In this document: piece after piece, positions 24,215 to 35,679 of the stretch | Layout of the letters: every line of letters begins with the position of its first letter | How positions within the stretch are numbered: the first letter of the stretch is position 1 | Assembly: GCF_004010195.1 (NCBI RefSeq) | Contig: NW_025215289.1 | Location: 32,262 to 84,357, forward strand | Length of the DNA stretch: 52,096 bases | From: Chiloscyllium plagiosum | Taxonomy: Eukaryota | Direction: 5' to 3' | Program-made: the position numbers and the translations under genes | Notes under the pieces: model-generated | Databases searched by the model: none | What the model was told of the DNA's origin: nothing | What the model saw: only the letters and a program-made list of their open reading frames with translations

Positions 24215-24490
24215 GAGATTAGATTCCCTACAGTATGGAAACAGGCCCTTCAGCCCAACAAGTCCACACCGACCCTCCGAAGAGTACCCATTTCCCTCTG
24301 AGTAATGTACCTAACTCTATGGGCAATTTAACATGGCCAATTCACTTGACCTCCACATCTGTGTACTGTGGGAGGAATCTCAAGCAGATAGGGGGAGCAT
24401 GTGCAAACAACACACAGACAGTCCCCCGAGGCTGGAATCGAATCTGAGACCCTGGTGCTGTGCTAACCACTGAGCCAATGTGCCGCCCCA
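24215..24490 (-). mobile_element. HE1-type SINE
   Basis: agattagattccctacagtatggaaacaggcccttc tail to gctaaccactgagcc..gccgccc head. Confidence 0.85.
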
Positions 24491-24829
24491 TTGTCTAGTT
24501 GTTTCCATGACGTCCTGCTCTCAGAAATAAACTCTCATACACTCTATCAAGCTTTATTCAAGGATATAATTAATAAGTTGATTAATTGAGCCAATTTGCA
24601 TGTTCAAACCGCCCACAGTTACTGTTGTGCCTTTGTTACAATCCCTCACTCTTTTCTACCTCAGAAGTACTTGGGGGGGGCGGGGGGGGCTTCTCTTGCT
24701 TTTTATTTGCACTGAGATGGCTTTCAATTATTTTTTGCACAAAACACTTTGAAAAGGTTTGAGTTCCCACTCGCACGATGAAATGTTTATTGTCTTTTCA
24801 CTAGCTACATTTCACAGTAAATATCGAGG

Positions 24830-26515
24830 ATTTAAAGAGCTAAAAGTGGTCATGAGATATCGTTAGCAAACAGGGTTGAGGAAAATCCCAAAGACTTCTT
24901 TTCATATATAAGGAGCAAGAGGGTAACTAGAAAAATGTTTGGCCCACACATGGACAAAGGAAGAAAGTTATGCATGGAGTCAGAGACAATGGGTGCGATT
25001 CTTTGCGAGTACTTTGCATCTGTATTCACCAAGGAGAGGGACATGACGGATTTGAGGTTAGGGATAGATCTCTGAGTACTCTGGGTCAAGGCGACATAAA
25101 GAGTGAGGAAGTTTTGGATACTCTGAAATGTATTAAGGTAGACAAGTCCCCAAGTCCAGATGGGATCAACCACAGGTTACTGAGGGATGTGAGTGTAGAA
25201 ATAACTGGGGCTTTAACATAGATCTTTGGAGGACGATTGAACATGGGTGAGGTCCCGTAGGACTGGAGAATTGCTAATATTATCCCCTCGTTTAAGAAGG
25301 ATAACGGGGATAATTCGGGTAATTGTAGACCAGCGAGCCTGATAGGGAAGCAGCTGGAGAAGGTACTGAGGGACTTAAGTAAGGCGTTTTATTAGGTTTC
25401 CCCATGGTCGACTGACGGAGAAGTTGAAGTCGCATGGGGTCCAGAGTGGTCTATCTAGATGGATAGAGAACTGACTGAGCAAGAGAAGACAGAGAGTAAT
25501 AGTGGAAGGAGATTTCTCAAAATGGAGACCTATGACCAGTGGTGTGCAACAGTGATCCTTAGTGGGACCACTGTTGTTTGTGATATATATCAATGATTTT
25601 GAAGAAGGTATCGGTTGCCTGATTAGCAAGTTTGCAGATGACACCAAGACTGTTGGAGTAGCAGATAGTGAAGGGAACTGTCAGAGAATACAGCGGAATA
25701 TAGATAGATTGGAGAGATGGGCACAGAAATGGCAGATGGAGTTCAATCTTTGCAAATGCGAGGTCGTGCATTTTGAAAGATCCACTTCAAGAGTGAACTA
25801 TCCAGTAAATGGAAAAGTCCTGAGGAAAAGTGACGTACAGCGAGATCTGGGTGTTCGGGTCCATTGTTTTCTGAAGATGCAAACACAGGTCAGTAAAGTG
25901 GTCAAGGTGGAATAGGCATGCTTTCCTTCATTGGATTAGGAGTTGAGTACAGTTGCATGGGTCTTTGGTTTGGCCACATTTGGAATACTGCATATAGTTC
26001 TGGTCACCTCATTAAAAAAAAGGATGTGGATGCTTTGAATAGGGTACAGAGTAGGTTCACCAGGATGTTGCCTGGGATGCACGATGCGGGTTATGAAGAA
26101 AGATTGAGTAGATTACGACTATTTTCATTACAAAGACGAAGGTTGAGGTCTACAAAATCAAGACAGATATACACAGGGTGGATAGCAAGAAGCTTTTCCC
26201 CAGATTGTGGAACTCAATTACTCGGGGTCATGAGTTTAATGTGAGAGGGGAAAGGTTTAGGTCAGATATATGTGGAAAGTTCTTTACACATTGGGCGGTG
26301 GCAGCCTGGAACATGTGGCCACCGAAAGTGGTAGAAGCAGGTTCGATAGAGTTATCTAAGATGTATTTAGACAGAAACATGAATGGGCAGGGAGCAGAGG
26401 GATACAGGCCCTTAGAAAATAGGTGGCTGGTTTAGAAAATAGGAGGATCTGGTTCAGCACAGGCTAGCAGGGCTGAAGGGTCTGTTCCTGTGTTGGAATG
26501 TTCTTTGTTGTTTAT
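24830..26515 (+). mobile_element. CR1/HER1 LINE ORF2 (RT), frameshifted, with 3' tail
   Basis: DKSPSPDGI..; GPLLFVIYINDFEEG..SKFADDTK; RFTRMLPG; tail (ttctttg)n. Confidence 0.9.
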
Positions 26516-26624
26516 CATTCATTCTAAAAATAGCAAGTTTTCAACTTATTGTATGCTACAATTTAATAATAGAAATGGTTTATTTATTTGATAGTGCATG
26601 TTAAATTATTGTTATTTCTAATTT

Positions 26625-27715
26625 ACAGTCACAGGGTCAAAGAGATGTATAGCATGGAAAAAAAACCGTTCGGTCCAATTTGTTCATGCCGACCAGATAT
26701 CCCAACCCAATCTAGTCCAACCTGCCAGCACTCAGCCCATATCCCTCTAACACTTTCTATTCATATGCCCATCCAGACGCCATCTAAATGTTGCAATTGT
26801 ACTAACCTCCACCAATTCCTCTGGCAGCTCATTCCACACACGTGCAACCCTCTGAGTGAAAATGTTGCCCCTTACATCTCTTTTATATTTTTTCCCTTCC
26901 CAACCGAAACCTATGCCCTCTACTTCTGGACTTCACCACGCCAGAGAAAAGACCTTGTCTATGTACCCTATCTATGCCCCTCATGATTTTATAAACCTCT
27001 ATAAGGTCACCCCTCTGTCTCCAACGTTCCAGGGGAATACAGCCCCAGCTTGTTCAATCTCCAGCTATAGCTCAAACCCTCCAACATTGGCAACATCCCT
27101 GTAAATCTTTTCTGAACCATTTCAAGTTTCACCGGATCTATCAGGTCCTGTTTTTTTTTTCCACCTTTATGCATTTCAAGACATCCAGCACTTCTTCCTC
27201 TGTAATATGGACATTTTTCAAGATGTCACCATCTATTTCTCCGTATATGTACATCTCCCTTTTCTTTTACCTTAGTAAACACTGATACAAAATACTCGTT
27301 TAGTAACTCTTACAATTCTCTGTGGCTCCACACAAAGGCACTTTGCTGATCTTTCAGGGCTCTATTCTCTCCCTGTTTACCCTTTTGTTTTCAAAGTATT
27401 TATAAAGTCCTTTTGGATTCTCCCTAACTCTATTTGCCAAAGCTATCTCATGTCCCCGTTTTGCCTTCCTGATTTCACTCGTTTGTATACTCCTCTTGCT
27501 TTTATACTCTTCTAAGGATTCACTCCATCTATCCTGCCTGTACCTATCATATCCTTCCTTCTTATTCTTAACCAGACTCTCAATTTCTTTACAATAGACA
27601 ATAGACAATAGGTGCAGGAGTAGGCCATTCAGCCTTTCGATCCTGCACCACCATTCAATATAATCATGGATGATCATTCCTAATCAGTATCCTGTTCCTG
27701 CCTTATCTCCATAAG
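26625..27715 (-). mobile_element. Cluster of CR1 fragments
   Basis: 3' end at 26630-27130; IRKAKRGHEIALANRVRENPKGLYKY at about 27360-27500; short young 3' end with (acaatag)3 tail at 27591-27715. Confidence 0.85.
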
Positions 27716-27925
27716 TTGAAACATTATTGCTGGAACAGCACAGCAGGTCAGGCAGCATCCAGGGAACAGGAGATTCGACGTTTCGGGCACAGGCCCTTCT
27801 TCAGGAATGAGCAGAGAGTGTTCAGCAGGAGAAGATAAAAGGTAGGGAGGAGGGACTTGGAGGAGGGGAGTTGGAAATGTGATAGGTGGAAAGAGGTCAA
27901 GGTGAGGGTGATAGGTCGGAGGAGA
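27716..27925 (-). mobile_element. Penelope-like element 3' terminus
   Basis: Near-identical to the minus arm at 36084-36270. Confidence 0.8.
27773..27808 (-). ncRNA. Minimal hammerhead ribozyme motif (family A), fully intact
   Basis: Reverse complement: AUUC CUGAAGA A GGGC-cugu-GCCC GAAAC GUC GAAU; perfect stem I (AUUC/GAAU) and stem II. Confidence 0.8.
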
Positions 27926-28033
27926 CTAACTATCCGTGATCCCAGTCTGGTTCACTGTGATCCTGACCTAATTAAATGTGATCCCAGTCTGCTTCACCGT
28001 GATCCTGACCTAACTATCCGTGATCCCAGTCTG
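27926..28033. repeat. 42-bp (2x21) minisatellite running into the assembly gap
   Basis: ctaactatccgtgatcccagt-ctggttcactgtgatcctgac repeated about 2.5 times. Confidence 0.85.
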
Positions 28034-29377
28034 NNNNNNNNNNNNNNNNNNNNNNNNNNNNNNNNNNNNNNNNNNNNNNNNNNNNNNNNNNNNNNNNNNN
28101 NNNNNNNNNNNNNNNNNNNNNNNNNNNNNNNNNNNNNNNNNNNNNNNNNNNNNNNNNNNNNNNNNNNNNNNNNNNNNNNNNNNNNNNNNNNNNNNNNNNN
28201 NNNNNNNNNNNNNNNNNNNNNNNNNNNNNNNNNNNNNNNNNNNNNNNNNNNNNNNNNNNNNNNNNNNNNNNNNNNNNNNNNNNNNNNNNNNNNNNNNNNN
28301 NNNNNNNNNNNNNNNNNNNNNNNNNNNNNNNNNNNNNNNNNNNNNNNNNNNNNNNNNNNNNNNNNNNNNNNNNNNNNNNNNNNNNNNNNNNNNNNNNNNN
28401 NNNNNNNNNNNNNNNNNNNNNNNNNNNNNNNNNNNNNNNNNNNNNNNNNNNNNNNNNNNNNNNNNNNNNNNNNNNNNNNNNNNNNNNNNNNNNNNNNNNN
28501 NNNNNNNNNNNNNNNNNNNNNNNNNNNNNNNNNNNNNNNNNNNNNNNNNNNNNNNNNNNNNNNNNNNNNNNNNNNNNNNNNNNNNNNNNNNNNNNNNNNN
28601 NNNNNNNNNNNNNNNNNNNNNNNNNNNNNNNNNNNNNNNNNNNNNNNNNNNNNNNNNNNNNNNNNNNNNNNNNNNNNNNNNNNNNNNNNNNNNNNNNNNN
28701 NNNNNNNNNNNNNNNNNNNNNNNNNNNNNNNNNNNNNNNNNNNNNNNNNNNNNNNNNNNNNNNNNNNNNNNNNNNNNNNNNNNNNNNNNNNNNNNNNNNN
28801 NNNNNNNNNNNNNNNNNNNNNNNNNNNNNNNNNNNNNNNNNNNNNNNNNNNNNNNNNNNNNNNNNNNNNNNNNNNNNNNNNNNNNNNNNNNNNNNNNNNN
28901 NNNNNNNNNNNNNNNNNNNNNNNNNNNNNNNNNNNNNNNNNNNNNNNNNNNGACTTCGGTCCTGTCAATTTATATTCAATTAATTCCAAAGGACCTCTGA
29001 CTCCAAATATTAACTCAAAGGAAGTAAACTGAGTAGATTTATTTGGGGTAAATAATTTTTGTCTTATGACAAACAATTTAATGAGACACCTTCATTCCAA
29101 TCATTCCGGTAATCCTGACAGTACGCTGTTAATATGGTCTTCAGCGTCTGATGCTAACTTTCCAAGGGTGCCTGGGATTCAGGATGGGACGCCCTTGATT
29201 TGAAGTGCTGTATGCCTAAGCTATCCATGACTTCCTTAAACTATCCATGACTTCCTTGAACAGCTGAGCGGTAAAAATGAGACCTTGGTCTGACTGAATC
29301 TCTCTGCGGAGCCCACAATGATTAAAGAAAACTACCAACTCCTCCACCTCCCTTTTTACCTTAACACTCCATAATAG

Positions 29378-29546
29378 TTAAAAAATCACACAACACCAGG
29401 TTATAGTGTGTCAGTTTTAATTGGAAGCACACTAGGTTTCGGAGCGACGCTCCTTCATCAGGTGATTGTGTCAGTTGGACTATAACTGTGTTGTGTGATT
29501 TTTAACATTGTACACCCCAGTCCAACAGCGGCATCTCCGAATCATG
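29378..29546. mobile_element. Miniature inverted hammerhead-bearing insert (family B) with 12-bp TSD, inside the integrase
   Basis: actccataatag at 29366-29377 and 29547-29558; minus arm followed by plus arm. Confidence 0.85.
29430..29464 (-). ncRNA. Minimal hammerhead ribozyme motif (family B)
   Basis: Reverse complement: CAC CUGAUGA A GGAGC-guc-GCUCC GAAA C CUA GUG; stem I CAC/GUG, CUA triplet. Confidence 0.7.
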
Positions 29547-30235
29547 ACTCCATAATAGAATTGCCTCTGGGAATCTGGTAGACACATCCATTATGGCTAG
29601 CAAATATTGGTTTCCACTTTTATTTTAGATAGGGGAGCTACACAACTAATCATAATCCACGTCAAATGTTCTTCGAATGCAGGAATAGGTAACAAAGGTG
29701 CTGGCTTTAGTACTGCCTGTGACCTCCCTACCATTTAGAATGTTGGACATGTACATCAAAAAATAACCACGTCCGTGAGCATTCCAGGCCACTAGAAATG
29801 CCTCTGTACCTTAGCCTGAGTCTTCTGTACACCTAGGTGACCCCCTGCAGTTAGTTTATGTGCTACCCGTAACACTCAGTGCCACTCCGAAAACAATCTG
29901 GTGCACTTCGGCCCATTTCCCTTCTGCACTAACCTATCTGGATCTCCATTTTAATTTTTGCTTTCTATCTTTAAGTTAATAACGTTCGACAATATATTTT
30001 GATTCCTTTTTTGCGTGTGTGCATGTGTATGTGTGTGTATATATATATATCTGTTGTAGGTCCATTAGTCTTTCAGGACCAAACACCCCTGCCTGATCCT
30101 CTGCCTGATCCTCTGCCTGTTCAGGTTTTTTTCTGCACCGTGACATCAAGCAGGGTGTCAGTTCACAGAGCATCATCTCCTTTGGCTTTTTATTTTGGTT
30201 TTCCTTCCTGCTCTAATTTATGACAGTGGAATTGC

Positions 30236-30384
30236 AGATTAGATTACAGATTACATTACAGTCTGGAAACAGGCCCTTCTGCCCAATAAGTCCACACCGA
30301 CCCGCCGAAGCGCAACCCACCCATACCCCTACATTTACCCCTTACCTAACATTAGGGACAATTTAGTATGGCCAATTCACCTGA
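30236..30384 (-). mobile_element. HE1-type SINE 3' half
   Basis: (agattac)n tail, then ggaaacaggcccttc..aagtccacaccgaccc..ggacaatttagtatggccaattcacct; truncated by the gap. Confidence 0.85.
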
Positions 30385-32469
30385 NNNNNNNNNNNNNNNN
30401 NNNNNNNNNNNNNNNNNNNNNNNNNNNNNNNNNNNNNNNNNNNNNNNNNNNNNNNNNNNNNNNNNNNNNNNNNNNNNNNNNNNNNNNNNNNNNNNNNNNN
30501 NNNNNNNNNNNNNNNNNNNNNNNNNNNNNNNNNNNNNNNNNNNNNNNNNNNNNNNNNNNNNNNNNNNNNNNNNNNNNNNNNNNNNNNNNNNNNNNNNNNN
30601 NNNNNNNNNNNNNNNNNNNNNNNNNNNNNNNNNNNNNNNNNNNNNNNNNNNNNNNNNNNNNNNNNNNNNNNNNNNNNNNNNNNNNNNNNNNNNNNNNNNN
30701 NNNNNNNNNNNNNNNNNNNNNNNNNNNNNNNNNNNNNNNNNNNNNNNNNNNNNNNNNNNNNNNNNNNNNNNNNNNNNNNNNNNNNNNNNNNNNNNNNNNN
30801 NNNNNNNNNNNNNNNNNNNNNNNNNNNNNNNNNNNNNNNNNNNNNNNNNNNNNNNNNNNNNNNNNNNNNNNNNNNNNNNNNNNNNNNNNNNNNNNNNNNN
30901 NNNNNNNNNNNNNNNNNNNNNNNNNNNNNNNNNNNNNNNNNNNNNNNNNNNNNNNNNNNNNNNNNNNNNNNNNNNNNNNNNNNNNNNNNNNNNNNNNNNN
31001 NNNNNNNNNNNNNNNNNNNNNNNNNNNNNNNNNNNNNNNNNNNNNNNNNNNNNNNNNNNNNNNNNNNNNNNNNNNNNNNNNNNNNNNNNNNNNNNNNNNN
31101 NNNNNNNNNNNNNNNNNNNNNNNNNNNNNNNNNNNNNNNNNNNNNNNNNNNNNNNNNNNNNNNNNNNNNNNNNTTTAGCCCCATTGTCCCCCCACCACAT
31201 TCCTGACGATGGGTTTCTGCCTGATATTCGATTGTACTGCTGTTCGGTTGCTGCCAGATCTGTTGTGCTTTTTCCGGCGTCTCACTTCTCAACTATTAGA
31301 GACTGAGCAGATCCCATATCTCACAAAATTATAATTTCTTGTTCTTCTCCCCCTGATCTTTCTGAGTAAACTTTATCTACAGAGGCAAATTCTTTATAGC
31401 GATCATGTACTGACTCCATACCCAGCCCTGACCTCGGCTGTATACTCTCCTGCAGCTCCTCGGCTCTACTTGGGGTCTCCTTTACCAGTTTCACTAATGC
31501 CACTGGCTCAGCCTCTTCTGCCACATCTTTCCCCAAAGTGCCTTCCTTCAACGACCATCACAGTGTGTCCCAGCTTACTTCAATGAAAACATCTTTTCCC
31601 AGTGCCCTTCTTAAACCATCGGCACTGTCATTTTATGTGTTCCACGCCCTTATAGTGAGAACACCTGAGGCCTTTCACCTCCTTTCATCACCTTTGGGCT
31701 TCTTTTTTCACCAGTGGTAAACTATTGTGAGCTACTGTTCGCTTTGTAATGTGTGAACTTCCCTTCTCCCAATTTCTATCCCTCATAGCATGAAAATTCT
31801 CCCAGAAGCTAAATTTCATCTCATGCACCAATGTTCTAATTCCCAACTTCTGAATTTCAAATTCTCTCTCTCTTTCTTTTTCCTCTCCTTCTCTTTTTCC
31901 TCTCTCTGTTTCCGTCTCTTTCTTTATCTTCTAACTTCATTTGCCATAGTTGCAATTTAAGTTTTTTCTAACTCGACTCCACTTGTCTGTTTCTTTGATA
32001 CATCAAAGTGCTTGACCAACTCCATTATAATGTCAGGGTTCCTTTTGTCCCTGGTTAAACCCAATTCCAACTTATTTGCTAATTCTAAAAAATGTCCTGT
32101 TTCTGTCTTTCTAAACTTTCTTGGCAAATTTGCGAACCTCTTTAGTAATGTTAAAAGCCATTTCTCTCACTTTTAATTTAAACAACCACAAACAAACAAA
32201 ATTAAACAGATTTTCCGACCGGTTTTATTTGAAGATCTAGGTCACTAATTGCAACGTGTTGGAATTTAATGGGACATTTTGTACCCGAAATCGGTTCAAA
32301 TCTGTCCAAGTCCCTTATGGCAGGGTCCCAAACTGTGAAGACATCTATATTGAGCACTTCTGTTAATTAAAACCAAAAACCCAAAAGGCTCACCTCACCT
32401 TGTAATCTGTTAATACATGAGTGACAAAGAACTCCCAAATTCCACTAATAAAAGAAAAATAACAGTTTG

Positions 32470-32860
32470 TCTGTATGCAAGTTAGCTCGCTGTGCTTGAA
32501 GGTTTGTTTTCTGACGATTCGACATTATGACTAGGTAACATCATCAGTGAGAGTCTCTGCTGAAGCGCTGGTGGTATGTCGCGCCCTCTATTTATAGGTC
32601 TTGGGTTCTTAAGATGGGTGATGTCATTTCCAGTTTTTTTGTTTTACAAGAGAAGGTAGATAAGATCTAAATTGCTGTGTTTATTGACGGATTTCTGGTG
32701 AGAATGCCATTCCTCTAAGAACGTCCTTGCGTGTCTTAGTATGTGTGTGTGTTGTCCCAATCAAAGTGGTGCCCTTCTTTGCCTGTTTGTATGGAACATA
32801 GTGACAGTGGGTCATGTCTTTTGGTGGCCAGTTGGTGTTCATGTGTCCTGGTAACACGAC
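32470..32860 (-). mobile_element. Penelope-like element 3' end with degenerate hammerhead
   Basis: Reverse complement encodes TRTHEHQLATKRHDPLSL..GHHFDWDN (GIY-YIG C-terminal part); CTGATGA tgttacc..GAATC GTC at about 32513-32547. Confidence 0.75.
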
Positions 32861-34509
32861 AACACGACCATTTCAATGGCGGAAAAATGATTTTATATAC
32901 ACTGTTTAATTAAGTGTGTGTGCAGATATGTAACATTTTTCATATGTGCACAACACATTCTAAATGAACAAGGGAGACACAGTTAACGAAAAGTGATGCA
33001 TATGATGTATAAAATTTATAAAATATTAAAACATCATTTGATTTTCATCTAAAATGATATGCTCCCCTTCTCTCAACATTCCATCTTTTTCTGGAATTCT
33101 CCACTCCAATCTCTCATTCTTATCAGGATGTGTTATAAATTCTTGCTTCTGGTGTCCCAACTTATTTCAGTTAATCCCCTTTCTACCAGAATTCAATATA
33201 TTGGCCTGTTGGGTACTTTCCAAAGCTAGTGTCTGTCATATTATTGGACATACAAATTCTGGCATCGGAGCCAGCATTTGAACATATTGTTCTGTTGTAT
33301 GTGCATTGTACAAAGGACCACTNNNNNNNNNNNNNNNNNNNNNNNNNNNNNNNNNNNNNNNNNNNNNNNNNNNNNNNNNNNNNNNNNNNNNNNNNNNNNN
33401 NNNNNNNNNNNNNNNNNNNNNNNNNNNNNNNNNNNNNNNNNNNNNNNNNNNNNNNNNNNNNNNNNNNNNNNNNNNNNNNNNNNNNNNNNNNNNNNNNNNN
33501 NNNNNNNNNNNNNNNNNNNNNNNNNNNNNNNNNNNNNNNNNNNNNNNNNNNNNNNNNNNNNNNNNNNNNNNNNNNNNNNNNNNNNNNNNNNNNNNNNNNN
33601 NNNNNNNNNNNNNNNNNNNNNNNNNNNNNNNNNNNNNNNNNNNNNNNNNNNNNNNNNNNNNNNNNNNNNNNNNNNNNNNNNNNNNNNNNNNNNNNNNNNN
33701 NNNNNNNNNNNNNNNNNNNNNNNNNNNNNNNNNNNNNNNNNNNNNNNNNNNNNNNNNNNNNNNNNNNNNNNNNNNNNNNNNNNNNNNNNNNNNNNNNNNN
33801 NNNNNNNNNNNNNNNNNNNNNNNNNNNNNNNNNNNNNNNNNNNNNNNNNNNNNNNNNNNNNNNNNNNNNNNNNNNNNNNNNNNNNNNNNNNNNNNNNNNN
33901 NNNNNNNNNNNNNNNNNNNNNNNNNNNNNNNNNNNNNNNNNNNNNNNNNNNNNNNNNNNNNNNNNNNNNNNNNNNNNNNNNNNNNNNNNNNNNNNNNNNN
34001 NNNNNNNNNNNNNNNNNNNNNNNNNNNNNNNNNNNNNNNNNNNNNNNNNNNNNNNNNNNNNNNNNNNNNNNNNNNNNCATTGGCTCTGAAACTACATAAG
34101 GCTGACATCACTGGTATTACACAGGTCTTAATCATGGTCAGGGAGAGAAACAGAGGGAAAGGCATTCACTTTAAACACAGAAGATGGTATTACTCAAGGA
34201 AAAAAGATTCAGATGAATTAAACAATTGAATTAAAATCAGTTAATTGGTTTTGCAGAATGTGTCAGATTGAAAGCATGACCCGGGAGAGACCCCCAGCAG
34301 AATGAGAATATGAAAATGAAAGTGTTACCACATCAGAAACCAGAGTAGGTCAGTGAGTACAGGGCTGATGGGTGAATGGGTCTCGATGTGAACTAAGGGA
34401 CAGACAGCAGAATTGCATTGCAGATATTGCAGCTCAAAACTGCGTATTTATGTAGTGCTGTAGACGACAGCTGCAGGAGAAGCAGAACAGCATTCAAACA
34501 CAGCCTGTA

Positions 34510-35230
34510 ACATTTTGCCCTGGATAATCTCCTCAGTCTGCCATTACCATCAATACGATCTATGTTTCAATAATGACTGTGGGTGAACATGACTGGGTCA
34601 GAACCACGTGAACCTAAACCTTACGCGAACCCATTAAAGAACCACACTTGACAAACAGATCTGATCGAAGCTCCGCAATCCTGTCACATTCTGACAGAAA
34701 TCGTGATGAATGATTTAACAAATAACTGGAGCAAAGGGCTCCACAAATATCCTCATCCTCAGTCATCGAACAGCTCCGCGCATCCGTGTAAAAGACCAGG
34801 ATGTGGTAGCTGCACCACCCTCAGCTAGAAGTTTTGAGTAGATGATTCACCTCACCCTCGCCATGATACCCACAAAATCACAGATGCCAGTCTTCAACCA
34901 ATTCATTTTGCTGTACGTGACATAAAGAAACAGCTGAACACAGTACGTACGAAAAAGGGAATGGTCCCTGACACCATTCCTGTAATAGGACTGAACACTT
35001 GTGCTGCATAACAAGCTGTGTCCCTGGGGAAGCTCTTTCATTCCAGCTCCAACTCTGACATCTCCTTGGTAATGTGGATAATTACTCAACTATGTCCAGT
35101 TCCTAAGAGGATTATAATTACAATTTGACCAGTTACCTCCACCTCAGTCCCACAACGACAGTCAAATTGGTGTGAGTTCTTTTTGACAGAGTTATTAAAT
35201 AGCACAGAAATAACCTGCTCAGTTTGATTT
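34510..35230 (+). mobile_element. Degenerate CR1-like LINE ORF2 fragment
   Basis: ccattaccatcaat..; atcacagatgccagtcttcaaccaattc; similar to the reverse complement of 37600-38270. Confidence 0.65.
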
Positions 35231-35249
35231 CAGATAGGTCCCCATGTAG

Positions 35250-35665
35250 AGATGGTGCTGCTGTGGAAAGGTCAATGAATTACTAATCCAGACCAGGCTA
35301 ATGCTCTGGCAGCTGGTGTAAGTTAAACACAATTGACAAAATATTAAGATGCAAAATCTGGTGTCCGTAAATAGTGACCTTCAAGCCAATGTCGATTGTA
35401 TACACCAATTTGCTTCACAAATGTACTTTCAGAAAGTGAATCTCCCGTGCTTTCCTGGTCTGGCCACAGACATGTGATAAACTTTTCAATGTCTCTGAAT
35501 CCGCCAAACAACACATTCTATTGCATCAAAGTGTTCCGAGGTCTAAAGGATAAAACCAGACAGAAAACCCGGACCCAGCCTCAGTATCGGAAAAGGGAAT
35601 GAAAAACATAGTCCTGTTGCCCCTGCAGAGACCTCCTTCGTAACATCTGAGAGCTTGTGACAACA
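35250..35665 (+). mobile_element. tRNA-SINE-like head continuing into the 5' end of a CR1-like LINE
   Basis: ctaatccagaccaggctaatgctctgg..cctggtctggcc (SINE body), then ctccttcgtaacatctgagagcttgtg resembling the endonuclease start. Confidence 0.45.
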
Positions 35666-35679
35666 TTTACACACTACAT

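Larger units (their letters stand above)
28952..32470 (-). mobile_element. Gypsy LTR retrotransposon relic (gag-protease-integrase; Gmr1-like order)
   Basis: Coiled-coil gag start near 32161; degenerate CCHC knuckle (RCSHYKGVEHIK*QC) near 31620-31670; protease IL*DMGSAQSL near 31300-31330; integrase GHLGVQKT..WPGM (~29780-29850), EIQSDQG (~29290) and STQFTSFELIFG.VRGPL (~28990-29035); LTR start tgt at about 32334. Confidence 0.85.

Noticed and set aside
32310..32334. Primer-binding site of the Gypsy element
   Set aside because: The position fits, but the sequence is too degenerate to assign a tRNA.
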